This document shows positions 50,141-61,311 of a stretch of DNA of 64,000 bases, one piece after another. Numbering within the stretch: the first letter of the stretch is position 1; every line of letters begins with the position of its first letter. The notes below the pieces were generated by a model. The model saw only the letters and a list, made by a program, of their open reading frames with translations, ran no database searches and was not told where the DNA came from. Made by a program: the position numbers and the translations under genes. The stretch lies in the NCBI GenBank assembly GCA_030704615.1, contig CM060734.1, positions 42,718,001-42,782,000 of the forward strand, in the 5' to 3' direction. The DNA is from Takakia lepidozioides (Eukaryota > Plantae > Bryophyta).

Positions 50141-51497
50141 TCATCCGGGCACTGCCACACAAGAGGTGTGGTGTCCAATGGTGACAACTGAGGTGGTCCT
50201 GGTGCAATCACCGCACTCTCCTCCTCTCCTGACGGTACGAAAGCTTCTACCCAAGCTTGTTGCACCCGTCCATCAGCAGCCTGCTGCAAATTCTTGCTCG
50301 TACCCCACAATGGAGTGTGAGCAACCATGGCAGATAACTCCATGGCAGATAACTCTAGGATTGACCGGTGATCAAATCCGGCCTAATCCCTATGAAAGCA
50401 AGCGCCCACACAAAACCAACATGGCGCACAGTCAAGCATGCAGGTGTTGGGGGGGATCCAAACACAAGAAATCAAAACATCAACACCCCCACACCAAAAT
50501 CCAGCTGCAATGCTGATCCTGCAGAATAGCCCAGCCCAAAACCCCGGACTGACTGGCCTCCACCAAGAGAGGCTTTGGCAACTACAAGTACATGGTAATG
50601 AAAATAGTACAGAGATGGAGGGGAAGAATAGAAGCCCGCCCAAGCAAGATCTAATCCTGATCTATGCTATCAACTTCCAGACTTCTCTCAAAGTGCCTCG
50701 CTCTGCATGATGGTAAGGTGTAGGAGGTATATCTATGTCCAGAAACCTGCCACTAACCTTGTCCCAAGCTACAGTAGCTCGCTCTAACCAACCCTCCTCC
50801 TCTTTCTGCCAGGTAGAGACAAAGCAACACTCTGCTATCTCCCGCTCACTGAACACTAAAGAAAACAAAGGTAGGGTCTGATAGCCTCTCAACTCGAAAG
50901 CTTTGAGACGGTTGCGGGTGTCCTCATTGCGAATGACTGCATCTCCTTCACGCACAACAAACATATCATTGCTAATGAACCTCCGCTCGTGGTTGCCCTG
51001 TGCAGAGCGTATCCGGCTGCAACCATGTCTGATTGCACAAACTTGTGTAGCTCCTGCTCCTCTGCTCCAGTACACCACGGCCTTGTTGCTGAACACCTTG
51101 GTCCCCGGGGCTGTCTTTGGCTGTGTTCCAAGCCTAGCTTTCACCCACTTTGGTATTTCACCTACAGCTACAGAATTGCTGGCTCCAACAGAGTTCTGAC
51201 TGTCCAAGGCGATATTGAGGCCCTCAATGCCAATTACAGCAGCTTGTTGTCTACTGCTAATGCCTGACTCCCAGTATGCAATCAACTCGTCCAACTGTTC
51301 TCCACTCAAATCAGTCTGAGTTCCTTGGGAAACATAAATCCTGTCCCCTTGTGTGCACAGGCTAAGAGAAGAGTCCTGCCCTTCAATTACGTCCTCATTT
51401 CCCCCAGCCATACAAGGAGTACATCCACAGATTTGTCTCTCATATAGACCAGCACAGGTTCTAGAAACAGAATTGTGGATCTTTCATGGCACACTCA

Positions 51498-51750
51498 CAC
51501 TCTAAAAATTCCATAGATTTTTAGCAGAGTCCTAAAAACAAAAACCAGGTCTAGATTGGTAGATTTCCCCTTTCTACAGCTATCCCCTCAAAAACTGGGT
51601 CAAACAGAGTCCATTTGACAAAGATATGACCAACCAGGCTCTTTAAACATAACACCTTTTTCTTTTTTCTTTTTTTCTTTTTTTAAAATTTTTTAACACC
51701 AAAACGTTCTCGCCATTACAACCTGTTCCCAGGTTATCTACGGGTTCCCG
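51498..51750. repeat. Dispersed ~240-bp repeat, copy 2
   Basis: Homologous to 38210-38450. Lies next to the point where the DNMT-Gypsy is truncated. Confidence 0.8.
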
Positions 51751-52907
51751 AGGCCATTCCCCCCCACAGGACTTCGCCAGTGAGATTCATAGTCCCTTGG
51801 GAGGCATTGAACAGTCTTTAACCAGCCAAGGGATAGATCCGGCACGGACTGTCAACTCAGCCTCTTCAGTGTAGGTGATTAGAGGATCTGTTGTAGCTGT
51901 CATGGAGGTGACAGAGGAGACTCAAGGAGCAGATGGAGTAAAAGAACAGGTGAGTGTATCACGAGCATCTGCAGATGGCGTGGTTATGGACTCTCACCAT
52001 CAGTTTGACCATTCTGGAAGTTCTGGGAGTTCTCGGCACAACATAAGGATGTATTGAGATAGACTTATGTAGGTTCCTCCCCTGCGTTGATTTTTTGTTC
52101 TGTCAGTATAAAAAGAACGGGCGTAGGAATGCACAAGGTGGCCAAAGATGGTTCTGAGACCATCGTTGACATCTGTAAGAGGCCAAGGAGACATAATCCA
52201 GTAAGCATCAACGAAGCAAAAAACCAAGACGAATCACTGGTTGTATCGAAAACAAAAACCTTCAAGAAGAGATCTGAGAATCAAATATCAGATGTGGGCT
52301 CTGACGTGCGAACCTTCATAAATCCGGGCACTGACGAATCAATGTTCGAGGGAGTTATTCGACGGGAGACAACGGAGGAAACAGAGTAAGAGAAAGATGA
52401 AAGTGATGAGTGTAATCTTAAGTCTGATTCAGATAATGACATTTCTGTAGGAGATAGTGATCAGTACCCGGGATCCGTCCTTCCGTCCTCTCCAGGATAC
52501 ACTCCTCACTCTCCTTAGTATGCAGTCCTTGTAAATTCTCCAGAATATGTCCCTGAAAATTCTCCTCAGTACGTCCCTGGAGATTCTCCCAGAATACATC
52601 TCTGGAGATTCTTCGACATATACCCCTAGAGAGTACTCCCCTGAAACCTTGAGGATGATTCGAGAGAGCCTCCTGTAGTTATTGTAGATACAAGAAAATG
52701 AAAATATGAAACTCATCTTACAAAAGAATATCGATTTCTTGTAGAAATTATATATTCGTTATAGGAACAATTTTGAGACCGCATGATGTATGGAATGGCG
52801 AGACGAGCCTTCTCTGAATAAATGTATTATTCTTCTTATAAGTGAAATCATTTTTTCCTCCTGAATTGAACTCTTTTATCTGTCATCTATGAGCGTGTGA
52901 ATTGTTG

Positions 52908-52931
52908 AACCTCCACTGGACAGTGGAGGTT
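52908..52931. repeat. Perfect copy of the dispersed 24-bp palindrome AACCTCCACTG-NN-CAGTGGAGGTT
   Basis: Other copies start at 56384 (perfect), 59960, 57898, 57488, 58931, 61078, 42160, 62732, 39757 and 54019 (half site). Confidence 0.9.
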
Positions 52932-53403
52932 ACTGTCCTGGGAATCTTGTATGGTTGTCATGATATGTCTCTGACGACCGAGGTGGTTTGTTCTATGGAC
53001 AACAACATTACCCCGAGGGATTGTATTGTTGGAATGTGCAAACCTATCTGTGGTTCATTTGTTTCTTGAAAATCTCCGAATTTCAAAAATGATCACCTGG
53101 CAATTTTTTAGCCGAACCCGGAGATCACAGAATGGGGCATTGTACCCGTTGGCACACCTCCGGACCATAAGTTCCGGTTCCAATACAAGATTGGTGCAGA
53201 GGTCGCCAAGCTCAAATATACAGTCGACGTAGAGCTAGAGATGGATGTGGAATTTCCGATGTTGGTAATGTTCATGATAGAAGATGGTAGATTTCCCAGA
53301 ACGTTTGGCTTCAAACTGGAGATACGAATTCTAAGGAAGGCCATGATGAGAGAGTCCATCAGGGCGGGGTTCACATACTCAATTTACAGATGAAGGTTTT
53401 TGC

Positions 53404-54349
53404 ATGGCTTGGGGTATTTTCTTGGATGTGCTTTACTTAAAGGGTAAGAAGATTGCAAAGACGCGGGAGGAGGAGGCTGCAAGAGCGAAGCCAAAGACGG
53501 GAAAAACGAAATCCATTGACGCCGGTGGTGATGACAATGAAGCCGGTACATCAGGGGGAAAGAAGAAACAAAAGGAGGAGATGGATCCTGCCTTCATGAC
53601 AGATATCAAGAAACCCAAGGCTTCAGACATATTCGACAAAGACAAGTGTGAGAAGATGCTGGAGATAGAGAGGCTGGAGCAAGACTACAAGGACATGTTT
53701 CCTTTTGGGTTTGAGGCGACCCAGGACGTCAAAGTTTCCATGATGGAGCTTGCTCCCAGGGATATGGTGTACAGGCCCCTAAATGTGAAGCACAAAGACG
53801 AAGTCAAAGCGCGTCTTTACCAGCTCCGGGTGTTCGACTCCAAACATCCACTTTATTTGATTCCCGCAAACCCCGAGAAGCCTATGGAGGTTTCTAGTTC
53901 GAAACATCAAAACTGGAAGGAGGTGGAAAATTCCAGATTCTTCGTCATCGGTGGACAACACACGATCGTTGCTGCCAAGGTAAATTTCCCGACAAAATCC
54001 AATTTTTGTAACAACATGAACCTCCACTGTTCATGAACTTTAAACAACATGCTTGTTAGGTCGATATCATTTCTGACCTTATTCATTTCTGTGGCAGGAA
54101 CTTGTGCAAGACGTGGACGACGACAATCTTAAGAAGTATTACACTGACTGGCCCTCAAAGATTATATGGTCAAAGGATCTGATGAGGCTCGTGAAGCTAT
54201 CGAAGCTCCTAAACGACCCGAATAAGGAGCAAAAATTTGACACAACATTTACCGAGAAAGTTGCACATGCCTGAAATTTCTTCGAGCTGAGGGGGAGGCC
54301 GAAAAAGTACAACGATCACACAACGAAGTCGGAGACTAGACAATGGAAG
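53404..54349 (+). CDS. ParB/Srx-fold-like domain exons
   Basis: VYRPLN..H...LYLIP....FFVIGGQHTIVAAK resembles the ParB-like (D/G)GxHR motif context. The next exon has an in-frame TGA. Confidence 0.5.
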
Positions 54350-57300
54350 GTAAATGATTCATTGTGTTTTCCGTTCCTTTTGCTAGAGAACCAAAATATT
54401 TTCAAGCTCGGATTTAATGTGATGAACGGAGACCGCATTACGAAGCAGGAGACACTACAAAAATAGCTTCATAAGGGAGGGTGTTACAATGAACGAGCGG
54501 GATGGTTCAGCATTCGGAAATTTGACATGATGGGGTCTTTTGTAATGTATCTTGTTTGGTAATGAGGTGCTTGTCCAGCTCTTATTTTCCCAATCTATTT
54601 ATGTTCTCCACCTGTAACAGTTCCGCAAATGTGCCGCAAAAATACTTGAAACATCATATGATCATAAAAACGTGATGTTGCGGAGAACACTTCCAAAACT
54701 ATTCATGCTCATTGGGTTTTTCAAGGATTTTCTAGGTACACTCTTGGAACTGTTCCTAGTAGAGAACATGAACAAATTGGACAAATTTGACTTGGAAGAT
54801 CACCGCATTCCGAAGCAGGAGACACTACAGAAAGAGCTTCAAATTACAAGGCACAACAAGATGGACGGAGATGAATTGACAATCGAATCATCACTTGATG
54901 TATAGTATAATTGACATGATAGTTGTGACTATTGTTTCATCTCAAAATTAATATCAAATATCGAATGAAATGTCTAACTTTGGCCCTGATAATTTTCGTA
55001 GGAATTTATGCAAGCATGTCAACTCATACTGGAGATGAGTAGCGTGAAGAAGGCCATGGTTCTGGTTCTCTGTGACGAAGATGTATGGAACCTGTGGGAG
55101 GAGGTTTTCAAACAGTGGGAACAATTGAAGCTTATTGATATTTTCGGGATTCAGTGCAAGGGTGAACAACTACCGCTGAATAAAACCGCTATCGCAAAAC
55201 TGCAAGGACTTAATAGCAGGCAGTTGAAAAGAGTGGCGGAGAAAATCCTAAACAGAGATATTTGCATTCGGGGAACGAAATTCAAGGGCGCGGACAAATC
55301 CAAAAACACAATGAGCGCGTATATTGACCAAATGAAATTGCGACGGTTTATTATCGACGATGTAATGGAAGTCTTAGGGTGGCCTCGGAGGAGCAAACAG
55401 AACCCGGAACCGTATACCAAACAGGAGTGGCGTGATGTTAAAAAAAAATACAACTTCAACAAAGTTGAGTTTGAAACATTTCGAGATAGGCTCGGGAACG
55501 ACTACATTGTTAGCAAACAGAAGATGAATATGGAGACGCAGCCAATGACTGATGTCTTCAAGAAGTATGTCTTGTCGTGCAAGCAGACCTTCGAGGATAA
55601 CCAGAATGCCCTGGCGATTCTACGCACGAGCTTGAGGTCCCATTACACACAGCTGGGGGGGAACCAGAAATTTGCTGATGCCAAATCACGGTTGGGACTT
55701 GCACCAAAGAATCGGTTCGACGACATGTCCATGGTGTTCGTCAATACAGTTTGTGATGATGACTATGTTGTCTTTGAGGCAAAGGACTACTCAAATATCC
55801 TGGATGCTTTTGTGGCTCGGAAGCTCATGTCCAGTGCTTTTGTGTTTTTCTCGACACAAGAATCATCGGGAAATCTTGTGTCATACATCTGGAATGGCTG
55901 GATCAAAATCGTTTATTATCCGAAAGGGTTATTACATTCCCGGCGAGTTTGAATCACCTTACAAGAGCTGCACGACTATTTTCTCCCGGACGGTCCTCTG
56001 CCTCGACTACGTATTTCCGGCAACAACTAAGGAGATGGTGAATCCGGACGACCACATTCAAACTGTTTTGTTATCGCCAGACCCAATTAATCCCGTTATC
56101 CAAGGACCAGATGTAGACCCGACCTCGCAGGAGAAGGAGTGTAGGACTTACAATCATGAGCTGAGGCCGGACACCTACGATTACCTGGTTTTTTTTTTTT
56201 TGCAGGGACGGAATGTCTTGCGTGAACATTTTCGGAGGACTGGCAATGACATACGTTCTGCTTGTAAGTGGATTGTGCATCTTGGAATTGTCTGTGTTTT
56301 CAGTTTTCCCGGATTTAACTCTCGTATTATTGACGTTGTCGGAATAGCGTGTTTAACATGTGTCTGATTGTTTCCATTTTGTTAACCTCCACTGGGCAGT
56401 GGAGGTTCATGTTATTGGAGTTGTGGGTGTTTTGGGTGTTTGTTATTCTGCAGTTTGGTGTGTTTAATAGTTGTCTCAAAAGAAAGCCTATCCCTTTCAA
56501 TCTTTCGATGGTTGGTGTTCGTCGGATTTATTTTGATATCATTGTTTGGTTACATTGCAGGAAAGAAATATTCGTGTGCTCGACATAAACTTTATAACGA
56601 ATTTTTTTTTTTTGTAGAAGACTCACTGCAGGATGACGAAGTGGACAAAGAAGATGATGACGAAGGACACGACAAGGATCAGGACGAGGAAATGGAGGAG
56701 AAACTAGGAGAGGACGAGGAGGAGGAGAAAGACAAAGATAAGAACATGGAAATCGTCAACGGAGACCAGGGGCAGATGCGGCTAACGTGGGAAAGGGAAA
56801 GAGATGGCCAGGAAATTTCCCGGTTGGATAATCTAGGTAGTACTCCAAATACCCAAGAAGGCGTTGCGCCACAAGATGTACACAATCTGGACAGCTCTTC
56901 CCCCAGTTCTGATAACACCACGAATAAGAATCCGGCTTCTCCAGGGGGACAGGAAGCGACATCAAGGGAGTTAGTTGAAACCCTCGGTCAAGGGTTCACA
57001 CCTGTGGAAGGTGACGATCCATTGATTATGTCACCGGATCCCGTTAACAATCGTCGTGAGCTGGTATCCCAGAATGTCACCCAGGAAGTGGTTCTAGATG
57101 TAGGTAACGAATGACAATTAGTGAATGTTTATTCGTACACACTTCTGAATACAATATGACAATATTGTAATTATACATACTTGTGAGTGGAATAATCGGA
57201 ATGTTTTTTCCATATGACAATATTATAATTATATATAATCCCAATGTTTTTCCCATATCCGTCTTTCTGGACTTCCGAATAAAACATATTTCCACCTGGA

Positions 57301-57838
57301 TACATATTTCCATTCGCACACCTTTGTGGACAGCCACTAACCGATTTGGATAACTTTTCTTGTAGATCCAAGAATCCAATTCGGAGGGAATGACACACAC
57401 AAGAAAATGATCAAATGAGACTCAAATGGTGAAGAGACACGTGGATTTGACAGTGAGGGCCAGGTCACATGAGCCAGTTCCGCAAGTAACCTCCACTGTC
57501 CAGTCGACGTTGCCATCAAGGGACACATGGATTGAGTCGGAGAATCCTCCTACTCGAGGGGAAGGAGAAGAGACAGAGCACCACAATCGCATAATCCAAC
57601 AACAGATCCCGATTCGGATAAAACATTGGCTTTTATTCTTATTACTCTTATTATTGGTCTTTCAGTCTCATTTTCGGTATTGCTCAATTCGGTATTGCTC
57701 AATTCGGTAATTTTGTCAGATTATTTTGGACCACCATAGTCGTCATCCGTGGGATTTTTCATTAATTTCCTGTAGATTCGTGAGACGACGTCTGAGGAGA
57801 TCAAACACACGAGGACCGACTCCATCGACACTGAGACG

Positions 57839-58918
57839 GTGAAGAGAAGAGTGGATCAAACAATTACTGTCGCTCTATCTGAGCCGGTCATACAAGTAAC
57901 CTCCACTGGACAGTCGAGGTTGCCATCTGGCTCCACAGAGAAGGACGATAACGTTGGACGTAGAGATGGAAAAGAGGAGGAGCAGCCTGCCCAGGGATCT
58001 CAGCAGCTGACTCCAAGAACAATAATGATTTCAACTCCATTCTTCCGTTTGTCTACTTTGGGATTTCTCAAATTGAAATTAATAATGAACTCTTCTGTTA
58101 TTCCACATGACAACATGCATTACCCTCCAGTCGACTATTCCCTTTCTTTCAATCCAAACAATCTGCATTCCCTTCCTTGGGGACCGAACGGATGCCGGCC
58201 AGGATACTACGTCCTGGTTCTGGACATCGGTTACCTTTGTGAGGTTTTCCTAAAGGATGGAAAGAAAACACCTCCTGCCACCCAGCCTTGTATCTCCGCA
58301 GGGAAATTCAAGTTAGCTACGCGAAACGGTCTTGACGAATTCATTAAGTGGGCTGTCAAAAAGTTTGCCGTTTGTTTTTGGAACACTGGACCTGAAATGA
58401 ACGTCGAGACTATCGCCAAGGCCGTGTTCGGGAAGTACTATTCCCAGGTCAGAACTTACAGCAGTGAGAATTCCGTCATGCATAGATCGACATTCAACGA
58501 AAAATGGCCCAAAGCTCCCAAAAATCCCATCTACTTTAAATGTCTTTACGACATTTTCGCTGAGGAAGACCCGACAGCTTACAAATCCAATACTCTCATC
58601 ATCGACACTGTAGACAATATGTACAAGTCCTACTTGAACCCGTTAGGGCATACCATCTTCCTTCCAAAATATAAGGCGCGCGTAGACCCTGACAGGGATA
58701 AATTTCTATTGGAAGAGCTCAAGCCTCATCTTAACATGTTCCGGTTATCGGGGATGGATGTCATGCTGTTCAACAACCTACATCCTTTCAGCGTTTCGAA
58801 GGATTTCTTCGAGGATGACCCAACGGTCAAATTTCTTAGAGACTTTGATTATAGGTGGCAGAAGTTCCTTAGCAATCTCGAGTTGCGTGCTGCTGCATTG
58901 GGAAATAAAATATTTTAA
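57839..58918 (+). CDS. FCP1/NIF-like HAD domain 1 (divergent)
   Basis: VLVLDIGYLC...RNGLDEFIKW...FAVCFWNT...SNTLIID...KSYLNP. Confidence 0.65.
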   Translation: MKRRVDQTITVALSEPVIQVTSTGQSRLPSGSTEKDDNVGRRDGKEEEQPAQGSQQLTPRTIMISTPFFRLSTLGFLKLKLIMNSSVIPHDNMHYPPVDYSLSFNPNNLHSLPWGPNGCRPGYYVLVLDIGYLCEVFLKDGKKTPPATQPCISAGKFKLATRNGLDEFIKWAVKKFAVCFWNTGPEMNVETIAKAVFGKYYSQVRTYSSENSVMHRSTFNEKWPKAPKNPIYFKCLYDIFAEEDPTAYKSNTLIIDTVDNMYKSYLNPLGHTIFLPKYKARVDPDRDKFLLEELKPHLNMFRLSGMDVMLFNNLHPFSVSKDFFEDDPTVKFLRDFDYRWQKFLSNLELRAAALGNKIF

Positions 58919-59023
58919 CTGAGTTTGGTGAACCTCGGCTGTCCAGTGGACGTTCTTGTTCACTTGCCTGGTGTCGTTTTTTCCAATGCATTGTACTGTT
59001 CCCTTTTATCATCCAAAGTATGA

Positions 59024-59761
59024 ATGACTCTCTGGCAGATTGGAGCACCTGTTTCTCCTCCTGCGCAAGGGTTGCGTGACGTGAATGGAGTCTTGTGCAA
59101 AATCTTGAAGCACAAGAAGAGCTACAATGTCCCCCGGTTTTCAGAATCAGACTACAGAATTCCAGCTCTTGTCGGATTCCGACTTGTCTTTAGACAGGAG
59201 AAATATCGCGAAGTGTGGACAGAGTTGCACAAACACTACCGGTTAGGGATAATTTGGAGCTCTATGATGTACAAGAACTTGCAGCCCATCTTGGATTTTT
59301 TGCTTCATGGTCTACCTCAACCGGCCTTCGTTAGGTCTCAAGAGGATTGTATTTCATGCCCTACTTCGGTTCACCCTCAATTCAAATCAGGATTGGACCC
59401 TCCTCATTTGTTTTTGAAGCCACTGGTCAAGGTCTGGAAAGGATTTGGTGGGCAATACACCAAGAGTAACACTCTGCTCATTGATGACACCGCCATGAAG
59501 TGTGTATTGAACCCGCCTGACTCATGTCTTGTTCTCAAACCGTTCCAGACCGTTGAGACTGATGGTTGCTATCTTCTCAAGGTTCTTCAGACCTATTTGC
59601 TTGGAATGAGGAAACATCCCACTGTTTCAAGCTATCTTAGGAAAAAAAGGATAGGGTTGAGTCTTTTTCCCAATGTTTCAAATGATCCCAAGTTTAGCCC
59701 ACTCTGGGATTTTATTGAGGACAACGATTTTAAGAATCTCAGATATGATGCTTCAAAATAA
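59024..59761 (+). CDS. FCP1/NIF-like HAD domain 2
   Basis: DVNGVLC...IIWSS...FLKPLVKVW...NTLLIDDTAMKCVLNP. Confidence 0.75.
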   Translation: MTLWQIGAPVSPPAQGLRDVNGVLCKILKHKKSYNVPRFSESDYRIPALVGFRLVFRQEKYREVWTELHKHYRLGIIWSSMMYKNLQPILDFLLHGLPQPAFVRSQEDCISCPTSVHPQFKSGLDPPHLFLKPLVKVWKGFGGQYTKSNTLLIDDTAMKCVLNPPDSCLVLKPFQTVETDGCYLLKVLQTYLLGMRKHPTVSSYLRKKRIGLSLFPNVSNDPKFSPLWDFIEDNDFKNLRYDASK

Positions 59762-61311
59762 ATTATTTTTTATCAATCCCATCTCACTCGAGCTATTGAA
59801 TATCTTCATGGTTTCTCTTTTTCATTTCCTTGTAATCACACACGTGAAAGATATGGTACTCTCATTTTGACTCATTTTCAGTTGAATTCTTGACGCACAT
59901 TCCGGGCAATCCCAAGACTCTGATACAGGCCTTCATATGGGGACATGACTATATCTAGTGACCTCCACTGTTCAGTGGAGGTTCGCATTCGTGCATTCCC
60001 GGATTTATGATTATGTCTCTTTGGCAGGTTCAAGGAGATGCTGACAACGTCATCGGTTCCTCAAGTCCCCTAAAGTAACCCTCCGGATCAGCTGTGAGTC
60101 GGAGTATTGAAGGCTTTCCGAGGGTTCACGATGGTGCTCAAATTGAGGATGGATCCTCTGTCAGACCCTTGTCCTCCCGGGAAGCGGGCGACACTCTTCT
60201 CCTCTCGGGTCCTCCTGGGGGTAAAGTCCAAGGTGCAGGTGAAGAACACAAATATCCCGGAGACTTTATCGACCTTTCCCAACATTCCTCACCCTCCCTA
60301 TTCAGTACGCAGGGTCTGGTCTATCCAACCCGCAGGGCAACCATCGGGGACTCGGCTACGGCTCCACTGCATCTGCTTCCGTCTCTTCCTCGCATATCTC
60401 CCCAGCACGAGGGTTGGATAGCCCAAATCCGCAGGAGTCAGGTGACTTAAATTCATTTCTCGCTCGTTGCTTATTCTCCTAGTTTCACTTAGTTTGGGGT
60501 CTGATATTCATCTGTCGCTCCAGGTAAGAAAATCTGCAGATTATAACCTTCCTGTCAAACGACGTCTGCATTGGAATGCAGTTCCGAGGTAAATTATTCC
60601 TTCGTTGCGTTTTCATTCCATCCAGGATGTCGACTGCTCAAGGGACAATTTTTTGTGCTTGCCTGTTATTGCCCCTCCACTTCTCCTGTCGTTCAATGGC
60701 AAAACATCGACACAGCGTGACCCTGAACTGCTCGCACAATGTTCTGCACCAAAGAGGCGAAAAAGAGCCCCCGAGCCATTTACTTCCTCTGCAGGGAATC
60801 ATTCCAAAGGACAAAAGGCTGACAAGAAAAAAAGAGCGGACTCCAAACACTTGAGGACTCCCTCGGATGTTGTGGCGCCTCGTCAATCCAAGCCCGCGGG
60901 AATCCATTGTTCTTCTGTAAGACATTCCAATAAGGCTTCAATGGTACATTTCAAAACAATTCTCCACTTTCGTTTGCAGTTTGTTTTTCTGTCCCAAACT
61001 AACTTCATAATTTCTATACAAGCGAGTATGGAGCCGCATAACTTCTTGAATACGCCTCCCGACAAGGTGCGTCCACTAACCTCCACTTGACAGTCGACGT
61101 TCATCTTTTCGTGATCTCGAACTCTTCGATATATGGTCTACTCTTGGTCCTTTACAATAGTCCATTGTCGGGACACTTATGTCTCTGAAAACGGTCACTT
61201 TGAAACTAAGAAACACTACATCGTGTTGTTTCTGACGGCGGGAACACTTAAATTGCGCAGGATGGTATCGTCCATCAACCTTCATTTGCCACATCGGGGA
61301 AGAGGAAACGG

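Larger units (their letters stand above)
44974..51450 (-). mobile_element. Ty3/Gypsy LTR retrotransposon carrying a C5 DNA methyltransferase and a PHD finger; 5' part (5' LTR, gag, PR) missing
   Basis: Order on the minus strand: unknown region, DNMT, RT (YIDD), RNase H (TDWS, TDHQPL), integrase (LDFAGP, TDQG, AERVV), PHD, PPT (TAGGGGGCGAT), LTR 44974-45501. Confidence 0.93.
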
